Positions 39,640 through 52,249 of a DNA stretch of 64,000 nt are shown here, in pieces. Location: positions 314,464,001 through 314,528,000 of the forward strand of contig OZ024741.1 of NCBI GenBank assembly GCA_964016885.1, read 5' to 3'. Under the pieces are notes generated by a model. It had not been told where the DNA came from and made no database searches. It saw only the letters and a program-made list of their open reading frames with translations. How positions within the stretch are numbered: the first letter of the stretch is position 1; each line of letters opens with the position of its first letter. This stretch comes from Eledone cirrhosa. Taxonomy: Eukaryota. Both the position numbers and the translations under genes were made by a program.

Positions 39640-42600
39640 AGGCCTCACTCATACCAATATTTTCCCTTCCACTTACATACAGTTGTGTCTAGCACTTAGG
39701 CTGGTGACAACCAGTCACTCACCCCTGATGCCGTTTGGTGTCCCAGTCCCTGGCTCCACGCCCCATCCTCCAAATACACCAGTCGACACCTGCAGCACTT
39801 GCAGCACCACCAACAGACGGAAGAGGGGCTGGAACTGTCCGTGGAGCTGGTGCTTCCACCATCTCACCAGTGTTGGCTTGACGCGTCGAGCTTCCAGTGC
39901 CCTCGCAGCATGGATATGCAGAAACTGTTTCTTCCTTTGTCTGCACAGCCACGGCCGTCTGGCTCACCACCAGAAGAGACATGGAGATTGCCTGATGCCC
40001 AAGCCTCGCTGGTCAACATCGCTCGGCTCAGGCGGCTCCGGAAGGTTCCGCTCTGGAACTCGAGAGCGGCGCGAGTGCTGATAGACGATGCCCTCGCTTT
40101 CTCGATTGAGAGTGGCCTGGACTCCAATCAAGCCAGCGACTGTGAGCGCCTCTTCTATTTTTCCCCACTAATGATCGGCATCCCCAGCCCTGGGGTGACC
40201 AAGGCGGCCTGCCGACAGCAGCCTGTGTCTAGGCCAATGTTTCGTCCTTTGGGCAAGCACCCATTCCAGGCGTGTCGAAGGACGCCACACCACCTGCTCT
40301 CGTCTGCCTCCAATCCTCCACCCCTGAGGCCAGCGTTAAGCGTTTAGATACCGCGTAATCACTAAATTAATCATGGGTGATGTCTCGGCCGCAGTCTGAG
40401 TGGTTGCCTCAGAGGACACTGTCGTGCAATCTATCGAGGAGGTCCTGGCACTCCTGCGACTCAAGATTCCTGAGCCACCTGTTGATCTACCACTACTCGA
40501 TCCCCACCTGCTCGATCCCACCTGCTTCCGATGCAGACATTCTGTCTGTCACCAAGTCCTTCCCAGCTAACAGCAGCGGAGGTGCTGATGGTCTCCGACC
40601 TGGCCACCTCAAGGAGTTGCTATCCCCTCTCTCCTCTGAGGCCGGCCGCCACCTTCTGAGTGCAATTGTGGCACCAATAGGCGCCCTGGATCGTCGCGCC
40701 CGAGGCTTCCTTTTTTCGACTTGCCTGACCGCTCTCAGGAAGAAAGAGGGTTAAATACGCCCCATCGCTATGAGTAATTTCTTCCGGAGGCTGGCTGCTA
40801 AGGTGGTCTCCAGGTCCATAACACCTGAACTGGATGAGGAATTCAGTCCGCTGCATCTAGGTGTCGACGTGTCCCGTGGCTATGAGGGGGCCGCACATGC
40901 AACCAGGCAGTTTAACAGCTGCCCACCGGAACCGGCATCCAGGGACTCCAGGCACATCATTGACAAGCTTGACATGAGGGACCATGCTCGATGCCTGTCT
41001 CAGTCGAAGACTCTCCGGCTACCCGCTGGTGTACCTGTCGTATGGGGCCCCGAACATGCTCCTTGCTGCTGATACGGTTACCTTCGGCAACTGGGGGCCT
41101 ACATGGTGATCCTTTGATCCCCCTCCTGTTTGCGCTTGGTATAAACTACATTGCCCGTAGTATCACGGCCCCTCTCAACGTTTGGTACCTGGATGATGCT
41201 ACGCTGGAAGGGCCCGTCGAGACTGTCTGCCATGACCTTCAATCGGCCTCCAGGTCAACTTGTCCAAGTCGGAGGTGGTGACTGTCAGTCATGTTGCTGA
41301 GAACCTTGCAGCCTCCGTCACGGAGGTGCGATCCATTATCCACCAGGTAGAGGTGACCCCCTCCAAATGGGATGTCCTCATCCTCGGGTCACCGATTCAC
41401 CCGCCGACCACCCCTTCCCCCATCAGATTCAGGTTCCAGCAACACCAGACTCTCACGAGCCGACTGGGCTTGATCGACGGCCACCCAACTCTCTTCCTGT
41501 TGAGGAACTGCTTCGCCATGGCTAAGCTCCTCTGCCTCTTTCGCAGCGCTCGCTGCTACAGCCACGCATCTCTTCTCGCTGACCTCGATACATGTATCTG
41601 AGTGGCAGCCGAGGAGATATGCAACGTCGGGTTTGACGACATTGGATGGCAACAGACCACTTTACTAGTCAGATACGGTGGCCTTGGCCTCCTGTCTCCG
41701 ATCTCGCTGGCTTTGCCGGCGTGTCTTTCATCGGTAACCTCATGCCGCGTCCTCATCAGTAGGGTTCTCCAAAACACAATGGATCGCTATATGATCAAGG
41801 AACGCGAGGCCGCCTGTGAGACGTGGGACCGGCTGGGTCTTAGCCCAGTAGACGTCTCTCATTTTTCTACCCCTGCTGTAGTCATGTCCCACCAAAGCAT
41901 TTGGGATGCCATCAGTGCAGCCTGACCTCAGACAGGCTCAGGGGCCAGCTTGACCAGTACCACCTTGCGTGTATTCGCGTGGCCTCCAAAACCCACAGTG
42001 GTGACTGGTTCCATGCCTTGCTCTCCTTTCACCACTGGCACGCATCTGGATAACGATAGCCTGCGAATCGGTGTTTGCTTGAGCTTGGCCTCCGGATCTG
42101 CGAGCCACAAAAATGTTACTGTGGATCAATCATGGACTCTTTCGGCCTACACCCGCTTCCCTGTCACCACAGTGCCAGCCGCCTACCATGCCCTCAACGA
42201 ACTCATAAAGACTGGTTTGCACGTTGCAGTCTTCCCTTCCCAACTCGAGTCGGTAGGGCTGGACCGAGGGGACGGCAAAAGGCCAGACGGTATGACCATC
42301 TTCCGGTTCCGCGGAGGAAAACCCTCGTCTGGCTTGCCAAGTACTGCTGCCCGTGGCTCTGAGTCGCCCTCCAGTCGCCCTCCGACAAAGGAAACTTCTG
42401 GTGTCCTTGGCCCTAGTGATACCTCTCTATTCACCACCATAAGCGGTGTGTGCTTCTCGAGTTGGAATGGCTCTTCCAGCATATCTCCGTTACATTCCTC
42501 CGGGGAAACGCCTTCTCCATTCTGTCCGCAGGATTTGTGGGGAGGCCAACACGTGGGACCCATTTGCTCACCATACGGGTTAAGACATATAACTTCTCTT

Positions 42601-42664
42601 TTTCTTTTATTTACTATTTTACGATTAAAAGGTTAGTCTTACATAATACTGAAGTAAAAAAAAA
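39640..42664 (+). mobile_element. CRE-clade non-LTR retrotransposon, near full length, frameshifted
   Basis: SSGGADGLRPGHLK, RPIAM..FRRLAAK, GDPLIPLLF, WYLDDATL, YGGLGL and DGKRPDGMTIF. Poly(A) at about 42656-42664. Confidence 0.85.
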
Positions 42665-42852
42665 CTGCAAGCAAATTATATAGTGAAATAGAACATGAGT
42701 AATATACTGAAGTTTAGCACAAAGGGTGCACACATCGTCTCGTGACACTGAACGCTAAAGATAATTCCGTTAGCATCGTCGTGAGAAACGCCACTGCGAC
42801 AAAATTTTCGGAGTTTTCCTCACTTTCGATTCATAATTTAACTCGGCTTGCA

Positions 42853-42916
42853 ATGTCCTCCCTTTCTATTGCTGGATGTATTATATTATTAACATGGCAG
42901 ACCACTTTAGCAGCTG
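42853..42916 (+). CDS. First coding exon (signal peptide) of paralogous gene B
   Basis: MSSLSIAGCIILLTWQTTLAA then G|GTAAGA, phase 1. Inverted paralog of 24677-24740. Downstream exons are not in this window. Confidence 0.7.
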
Positions 42917-43123
42917 GTAAGATAATAACTCATTTGTTTTTTTATTCACTTATTGAATACTTAACTTCTTGTCTGTCCTCAAATATTTTTCTCATTTTCA
43001 TTAATACTGTCATGTTGTCACCTTATCCTCCAACCTAACAGTAGCGGTTCACAATAATAGTTGACGTGGAGTTAATACCCGTTGTAGTCGGTATATATAT
43101 ATATATATATATATATCTTACTC

Positions 43124-43157
<34 letters not shown>

Positions 43158-43204
43158 TTGTGTGTATGTGTGTGTGTGCGTGCGTGTATATACATGTGTA
43201 TATG

Positions 43205-43238
<34 letters not shown>

Positions 43239-43749
43239 TTCAGGTCCGCTTTCATCTGCAAGTAAGTTTTGTGTGGTGGGATTACAAAGAACAAATTAGT
43301 GCTGAAGCGCATCTTCTGACCAATCAGATAGGCCAAGGTCATATTGTGTTGTTTTTAACAAACTGAAGGGTCCTACTCACCCTTTGTTTAGTAAGCTTTC
43401 TACGGGCGTATCCCTTTCTTACTACCAACTGCTTTGCAACGTATAATGATTGCTTTTATTGTGTAGATCAGCAAAACTAAGGAGGTTGTGTTTTTAAACA
43501 ACTAAATGTTTATCTCAATTCTTTTATGTATGGGATCTACAGTGGGTGAACTTCCACTCACCAACCATTCTGGAGAGGTTGACCATAAATCAAACTGCAA
43601 AACCCTTCAAATCTGGAGAAGGGACAATAAGGGAGAGAGATAAGTATGAAGTTATAGGTATGTGTGGGGGTTTGTTTGGCAGGCCAATGAGTAAGGGGTA
43701 GCAGTTACTGATTAGTGTATGGGGTGTAATGGTGTGAGGGATGTGGTCA

Positions 43750-44575
43750 TCATGGTGGAGATTGTGGTGTGATGGAGAGATAGGAAGCAGGTTTAGGGAT
43801 ACGTAAGAGTTATGGATAGCTGATTAGTGTACGGGGAGTGGGGCATGTAGTGAAACATGTGGTCGATAGATATTGGGGTCGTGTTAGAGAGATGGATAAG
43901 GGATAGTGAGGGATAAGGTTTGCTAATAGTGGTGGAGTGAACAATGGGGAGAGAAAGCAGCTACTTTTTAGGATATGTTTAGGATATCTAAGTTATCTAG
44001 TGTTTTAGTGGTTCTCGAGTGTAGTGGATACCGCATTGGGGAGAACAGATGGAGAAAGTAATCATAGGAAGGAGGGTGAACTTCATGGATGGGTCAGATC
44101 ATATTTTATGATTCTTGTCGGGTCTTTATTAACACAGCATAGCTCCAGCCACATCTGCCACATCTCTTGTGAGTCTATCTATTTCCTACTGTGCTCATTA
44201 TAGAACTCCTGCCCACCCTTTTCTGCTATATCAAACACAGCCATCTCCCTGATTGTATCCACTTCTTGTCCTTTTTCGTGCTTAGTCCTTTTGCCTATGA
44301 TGTGATTAGTTTCAGGCTTTTCAACTCTAGGTTCTTGCATGTTTGAAATTTTGTCCCTTACCATCCTAAGGATTCAGTTGAAGTACTCAGTACAAATATT
44401 TAGTGAAGAACAGTGAAGAACAGTGATGAATAGGAGTGGACGAAGGACTGAGCCCTGGTGGACTAAGGACTGAGCCCTGGTGGACATTGAATTGCACTTC
44501 ATCACTCTACTTTCATCCAGCTTTTTTATACATGGCCCAAACTGCTATCACAAGCCATTCATCTACATCAAAGGT
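43750..44575 (-). repeat. Inverted paralog of 22720-24110 (RTE remnants and flank)
   Basis: Shares the CACTGTTCTTCACTGTTCTTCA micro-duplication and the GACCCGAC(A/C)AGAATCATAAAATATGA junction. Confidence 0.75.
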
Positions 44576-45281
44576 TCTCAACCCATTTCGGCCAAACTAT
44601 TCTATTTTTCCATTTTTCAATATACTACTGATTTTCATATCAGAAGATTACTGAGTCAAATCAAGTTATGGAAGAATCTTTAAAAAATACTCGTACGAAT
44701 TAAGTACAAAAAGTTTCAGTCCAAAACAAAAGCAAACTATTTCAAATTATATATTTTTGAAAAACAGACGTGAATGTTTTCAAAGATTTGATCTCAGTCG
44801 AAAAAGCTTTTTTTTTTAATTCTATATTTCACTGTTAGCTGTTGTAATATTTTGAGTGGATAGACAATTGTACAATTCAAACTGTAAAGTCAAAATAAAA
44901 AAGATGCAAAATATGAAGAATTTCTTACCTTTTTCTGAAATCACAAACTCAGGGGGGGGGGGATAGTACCTTGCAAAATAAAATACCTCGTAGCAAAATA
45001 AAATATTTAGTAGCAACGAATGAATTGAGAAGCTTGGTGACAGTGAGAAAGAAATATCTGGATGCCTTATATATATATATACATAGATACACACACACGC
45101 ACACACACTCACACAGACACACACACATATATATACACACACACACACGCACACATATACATACACATACACAAACTTCTGTGTGAGTGTGCTTTGGTTT
45201 TGGTTCAGAAAGAATTTTGTCTCCAGTTTTTATTGCCAGGTCAGACGCCACTTCTCTTTTCAACGACGCCAAATAACAACC

Positions 45282-45310
<29 letters not shown>

Positions 45311-45317
<7 letters not shown>

Positions 45318-46790
45318 GAATAATCGAGAATCGGAATATCAGCCCACGAAATCACGATAAACAATATCCGATATATGTGGCAGAGGGCTCAATAATATGG
45401 GAAAATCAGAGCTATAACTATCGTTAAAATACCAACACATAGAGATCATGCCTAAAATCACCCGTGCAGCCGAAAAAGAACGACCACGAAGATTCGGGTC
45501 ACTCAAATAAAATATCAATAAATTAATAAATTAAATGAATGTAAAAAAACTCACCCGGATACGCTAGAAAGATGTTAAATCTAGCTTCTTGGATTTCTGC
45601 AATTCCTTAATCCAATCATTATCAGCCCACATAAAAAATATATAAGACTTCTAGAGAAGGGATGAACGCGGAAAGGCTTCTTGAACGAGTATTTCGTTCC
45701 ATAATACAGAGAGGACCCAAAGCCAAAAAACGCACATGGTATTCAGCAAGGGAGGGAACCCCTATATTAGCGAAAGAATTCGGTGATGTGTAAATTATGT
45801 AAGAATACAAATTATCACATATCGAATCAGAGTGCTCAACAGACATGTTAAAATAAACAAGAGCTATTCCTCAGTCAATAAGATCAACAAAAAAATCATC
45901 AATAAAATTAACTGGTCAATAGCTAAGGTCTAGAGCTAAATATAGTAGAATAATCGAGAATCGGAATATCAGCCCACGAAATCACGATAAACAATATCCG
46001 ATATATGTGGCAGAGGGCTCAATAATTTGGAAAAATCAGAGCTATAACTATCGTTAAAATACCAACACATAGAGATCATGTCTAAAATCACCCGTGCAGC
46101 CGAAAAAGAACGACCAGGAAGATTCGTGTCACTCAAATAAAATATCAATAAATTAATAAATTAAATGAATGTAAAAAAACTCACCCGGACCCGCTAGAAA
46201 GATGTTAAATCTAGCTTCTTGAGTTTCTGTAATTTCTTAATCCATTCACTATCAGCCCACATAAAAAATATATAAGACTTCTAGAGAAGGGATGAACGCG
46301 GAAAGGCTTCTTCAACGAGTATTTCGTTCCATAATACAGAGAGGACCCAAAGCCAAAAAACGCACATGGTATTCAGCAAGGGAGGGAACCCCTATATTAG
46401 CGAAAGAATTCGGTGATGTGTAAATTATGTAAGAATACAAATTATCACATATCGAATCAGAGTGCTCAACAGACATGTTAAAATAAACAAGAGCTATTCA
46501 TCAGTCAATAAGATCAACAAAAAAAATCATCAATAAAATTAACTGGTCAATAGCTAAGGTCTAGAGCTAAATATAGTAGAATAATCGAGAATCGGAATAT
46601 CAGCCCACGAAATCACGATAAACAATATCCGATATATGTGGCAGAGGGCTCAATAATTTGGAAAAATCAGAGCTATAACTATCGTTAAAATACCAACACA
46701 TAGAGATCATGTCTAAAATCACCCGTGCAGCCGAAAAAGAACGACCAGGAAGATTCGGGTCACTCAAATAAAATATCAATAAATTATTAA
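45311..46790. repeat. Tandem repeat, ~630-bp unit, ~2.3 copies
   Basis: TATAGTAGAATAATCGAGAATCGG starts at 45311, 45941 and 46572. Copies are nearly identical. Confidence 0.95.
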
Positions 46791-47525
46791 TTTCAACAAC
46801 GTCAGTATTCCGTGTGTCATAGGTTTCAAACGACTCCGCCCACCTCAACGACGCCAAACTTAAATGATTACGCATAATGCCAATGAAGAAGTGAGAGGGG
46901 AGAGTAAGAAACAGAGGCAAAGAGAACGCTGTAACTATTACCATGTGTGCGTGTGTATATACGTGCGCGTATGTTTATGTGTGTGTGCGTGCGTGCAGCG
47001 TTCCACAGAAAGTAAAAACTATCAACATGTGTGAGTGTGTAAGTGCGTGTAAATGCACGGGTGCGTGTGTAAGTTTGCGTGAGTGTGCGCGTTTCCATGC
47101 GTGTATGTGTGTGTACGTGGGGCGTTCCACAATCGCCACGCAGTTTATCTGTCTGTGTGCCTGTCTGTCAGTCTAACATACACAGAGTTGTGAATGGAGT
47201 AAATAGGGACGTTTTTTACATTGACGGACATCTTTTATATTTATTATTGTGTCATTTTTTTATAATTGCTCGAAATGAATACTGATAATAAAAGCAATTC
47301 GACTTTATCAAACAGTGAACTACAGTGGCGACGGCTTGCAGCCAGGAATGAAGAAAAGGGGCTGAACAGCGTCATCGGAACGCCGAACTTCAGAGGCGAA
47401 GACGTGCTGACATGAATGAAGAGGAGCTGGATGAACAACGCCAACGAAACACTGGAGCCAAGCAGCGACAGCGTGCTGCGATGGTTGAAGACGAACTGGC
47501 TGAGCATCATCTTTTATATTAATTA

Positions 47526-47884
47526 TCTATATCTATATCTACATATAATATAAAAGATTGGAACTTACATCATACTTTTGAGAAACGTGGAACAACCACG
47601 TCTATGCAATGATACACGTTTTACAGTCAGGCAGAATATGAACCATCTCCTAGAGGTCACTATTCTAGGTGGGAGCACCTAGAATTGTTCATAGACTATG
47701 CACAAACGGTACAACGAAGAATCTGGTATATCTGGAAGATTTTCTTTACTGTTTTCTGTATCACACAGACACCAGGGACTCGTCTGATACTGTAACCAGA
47801 CAAACATCCAATACAGTCATTTTCTCTTTTACCTGTCTTCTCTTATCATCTGTTTACCCGTGCGAAGCTGGGTACGTCAGCTAG
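47526..47884 (+). mobile_element. Non-autonomous Helitron
   Basis: 5' A|TCTATAT...ATAAAAG. 3' hairpin TACCCG-TGCGAAGC-TGGGTA followed by CTAG|T. Confidence 0.65.
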
Positions 47885-48012
47885 TATATATAAATGAAGA
47901 GAGAAAGAGGGAGGGGCAGAGAGGGTAAGACATGTGTGTGTGTTTGTTTGGTACACGTCTATCTATCTATCTTGTCCCCTTCTTTTGTGCCCCTGTGGCT
48001 AATAAAGAAATA

Positions 48013-48046
<34 letters not shown>

Positions 48047-48047
<1 letters not shown>

Positions 48048-51000
48048 TAAAAGTTCAAAAGAAAGAACAATTGATATATCTCGATATAACAAATGCTGAA
48101 CACCTTTTAAAGGACGCTAAGAGATATGTCACCTTCGAAAAAAATGGTGCTTTCAGCATCAATTCTCCGGTAGAAATTCGCAAGGAAACTGCTCTCAAAA
48201 CGATAGTTTTTAGGACAGTTTCCAATTCTACCCGAAAACCAGTCCAATTGTCACAGAAAGATATTGAACTGGTTTTCAAAGATTCAATGAATGATATTGC
48301 ATTCATTCAAAGAAGCAAACTTTTTGGGAGTATTTCGGTACTCATGAAGGATCAATTGACGGCCCAAAATTACTCTGTGTCGCCAATTGTATCCAACCTG
48401 TACACCTTTTTCCCTACATACATGGGAAAAAGGACACAAAAGATCAGAATCACAAGTGTCACACCAAAGGTGAACATATGGTGGATACTGTGCGGCTTCA
48501 TCAATTTTGATGAAGACAGAATACTGTCAGTAGGAAAGTCCCCCAGAGATGTATTCAATGGGACTAGCATTGAAGTTCTGGTGCAAATGAGCCCAGAGCG
48601 AATAGCTATGATCCCACAGCGTGTACTCCTGGACGGACTCACCTACATAAACCTTTCGGTTGAGGGTAGGCGGCCTTCATGTTACCATTGCTTTAGCAGG
48701 GGTCACCTGAGGGCTTCCTGTCCTAAACTAATGAACCAAAAAAAGGCTCTTCTGCCGACACCCATCAAAACAACACAACCACCAACACCACCACAACAAC
48801 AACAACACCAACACATAAAAATAACCACAACAAACACAGTCCCACCCAACCCCACTCCACCTAAAACCACTGCAAAATCACATACATACACAACAGCTCC
48901 CCAAGACATACCCCTCCCCAATCACACAGACGATACAACAGATGAGGCTATCTCGCCATCACCCAGTGAAGACGAGGGAGAACCCCATCGCTCGAAAAGA
49001 AAGAAAAGACATCACAAAAGCAAAAAACCAGCAAACACTACCACAAACATACAACCACCAACACAAACAACAAAAATATCACAAACAAAACCCCCACCTC
49101 CTGAAAACAAAATACCTACAACAAAACGAAAGCACACACGAGAACTACAGACAAAAATAAACACAACACAATAAAATTACATTTACACTTACATAAACAC
49201 TGAAAACAAAACACTAATGGAGAGCATCACGAACGACCCTTCGGTGAAAACCGAAGGGAAAACTTTCGCCCACTCTATAAAAAATAGCAAAAAACTGAAC
49301 CTAAAACTGATTAGGGTCCCTATACAAACTTATAGGTCCCTAAAAGAAACATTTGAGAAGGATGTGGGGAATTCCTGCGTGAAACCACTCAACCGCGTCC
49401 TTCTCAAATGCCTCCCCACCCCAGACACCCCCATCCCACCAGACCCCACCCCACCAAACATCTGCGTCCCCACCCCGCCGGAAACCACCACCCATCCAGA
49501 CAACCCCTCCAACACCCCCATGGAAATCGTGCAGGCTGGTCCCCAGGAGGCGAAGGGTGAGTGATCTCTTTTCCTCTTTTAACCTTTCAGCACCAACATG
49601 GCCAATATAAGAGTTGGATGTGTGAACGTACGCGGCCTGGGGATGCCCTGGAAACAGGGCAAACTCTTAAACGACCTCAGGTCGCACAGTTTGGATGTGG
49701 TAGCCATTTGCGATTCCAGGATCCACGGCAAGCGACAGCTGGCCCCCATCTTCGATGACTTTGAGATCTACGCATCTCTCTGTCAACCGGGGGGTGGGGG
49801 CGGAGTTGCCGTTTTGCTGCGGAAACACCTGGGCCTCGTAACACAGACGGTACATCTGGACCCGGAGGGTCGACTGGTGGTCCTAGACGTTGACGGTAGT
49901 GAAGGTGGAGCGTTCAGGCTGGTGGCCGCATTTGCCCCATCCGGGACACCGCGGCCAGACTTCTTCAAACGTCTAGAGACTTTTCTGGGAACGTCCCGCT
50001 CCTTGCTTTTAGTGGGGGACTGGAATGGAATCCTAGATGTACGTTGGGACTATGTGGGAGCATGTCCCGATAAAGGGGGGTGTAACAGCCTCAAACAGTT
50101 AATCGACCGATTTGACCTGGCCGATAGATATCGACTAGATTTTCCGACTGCGCCACTGTGGACGTGGAGTAATCGTAGCGGAACATCTAGATCGTACCTA
50201 GATAGGTTCTAGTTAGAAATAAGGATAGGGACATGTTAAGCTGTCCACAAATGTTCATGGTTGCCTATTCAGATCACAAACTAGTGACCTGCATGGCCAA
50301 CCTTGATAGAACCCATAGACAAGGACCCGGCTACTGGAAGCTGAACTTGTCGTTACCGACAAGCAAAGCCTACAGTAGACGGATTAGCACTTTAGTTAAA
50401 CAGCATTTGACAGGGGCCATTGTCAACAACAGATGGTGGTACTCTCTCAAGAGGGCAGTTAGATTAGACTCGATAGTTTTTAGTAAAGAATTAGCGTTAG
50501 ATAGAAATAGAACCGAGAAGGAACTGGTAGATAAAGTAGAAGAGGCAATTAGAAGTGGCAACGTAGCCAGCGTGCTAGCAACGAGAACGGCCTTGGACCA
50601 GTTCTTCGCCTCAAAGCACGAGGGCTGCGTTGTCAGAAGCAAAATACGTGCTCTGGGAAACGAGGGAGCCAAAGCTGTTAGCTGGGCCCGAGTGACGGAG
50701 GCAAAAAGTGGATCGTGGAGAGGCAGACCGATGCCTTCCGATGGCGTCGTCGGACGCTGGACGGAAGGACCGGTAAAGCTGCTCGGGGTCTGGTTTGGTC
50801 CGGACCTCCAGGTGGAGAAGAACTGGAACGAAGTGACGGCCAAGGTGTTTGCACTCACCCAGAAGTGGGCCGAGTGCAAACTATCCTTGAAAGGTCGAGC
50901 GGAGGTGGCGAACACTTTTATAGCGTCCGCCATCTACTACCGCTTGACCGTCGTGCCTTGTCCAGCCAAAACGCTCGCCAAAATGGAGCGCGCGCTCTTC

Positions 51001-52203
51001 CGATTCCTTTGGAAGAGGCGGGCTCCTTTGGTGAGAAGATCCATCTGCTGCCGACACCCTTCTAACGGAGGGCTGGGGATGCCGTGGTTGACGATGCGCA
51101 AACACGCGCTCAGGCTGCGGCATCTCTACGTATTCCTCACCGGACAACCGGTGTGGGCCCCGTTCGTGAGGCGAGCCTTCCCACGACTCGTCTCGCTGAC
51201 CGAGCTGCAGTCCTGGGTCAAGCAGAGACCGAGGAAAATGGGCGACTGGCACATCGAATGTGCTCAGGTGCTCACATCCCTCTGGCAGGCGGACCCGGCG
51301 ATCAGTGGAAACTCCACTTCGTCATTCTATAGAGGGTTGGTCCGCAGCAAGTGCGACGGCGCGCTCGGTGAAACTCTAGGCGTAGAGGAAGATGAACTGG
51401 CCAGTCTGTTCGGTAGGACCTTCCGCCCGGGACCGATGGACAACTTCCAAAAGTCCCTGGCCTGGCAGTGCTACCGAGGAGCTCTACCAGTTCGAGACAA
51501 GCTCTACAGACATGGGCGCCCGGGCTGGGTCCCTGCAAAAAAGATCTGTCCGAGGTGCGTGCGAGACGAAGAAACCGTCGCGCACGCATTCATACACAGC
51601 CCGGGCGTCACTGACCTGTGGGGCTATGTAGAACGACTATTGTCGCGGGTGGGACCAATCCAGTTGACCACCGAGTCCATTGTCATGATCAAACCGCCAC
51701 CCTCCTTCAAAAACGAAGGAGAGGCGGTTTTCCTTTGTGTGATAGCTATGGCGAAAGAGGTTGTATGGTGGACAAGGTTGAAAGGGCTGAGGTCAGACAC
51801 CTTTCTCTCCGGCCAACAACTGATTCTTTTTTTCAAATACCACTTTGGAAGAAGAATCAGGATGGAGAGAGAGCTGCTGTACCCCAGCAAGTTTTATGAA
51901 AGGTGGGTGAAAGTGGCGAGAATGGCCCGAATGAATGGGCCTTCTCTCTATATCAGCCTGTAGGTTGAAGAAAAGGAGGAGGAGAGGAAAGGAGTACAAG
52001 CTCTTCGTACTCCTGGAGATGAGGGTTGCACATTTTTTTTCGGGGGTATGTGTTACCCATATAAACTGTCTCCCTCTATTGGGGAAAATCGACTAACTTT
52101 TAAATTCCATCTGTGATAACATTTTACACGTTTTTATTGTATGTAAACTTCCCCCTTTGTTTTTGTCCCCTTCTTTTGTGCCCCTGTGGCTAATAAAGAA
52201 ATA
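48047..52203 (+). mobile_element. Tx1/L1-clade element with ORF1 (CCHC) and ORF2 (APE endonuclease, RT deleted, C-terminal zinc finger)
   Basis: ORF1 CYHCFSRGHLRASC with one in-frame stop at 49172. ORF2 from 49598: NVRGL, GDWNG, YLDRF, SDH, GPGYWKLN, GGLG and CPRC..ETVAHAF. Bounded by (ATCT)n. Confidence 0.9.
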
Positions 52204-52248
<45 letters not shown>

Positions 52249-52249
52249 C

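Noticed and set aside
45311-46790. CRISPR-like or prokaryotic array
   Set aside because: The units are long and identical with no unique spacers, and the context is eukaryotic.
47894-48046. N-terminus of the 426-aa ORF
   Set aside because: It runs through a Tx1 3' stub and (ATCT)n. The real ORF1 homology starts after 48047.
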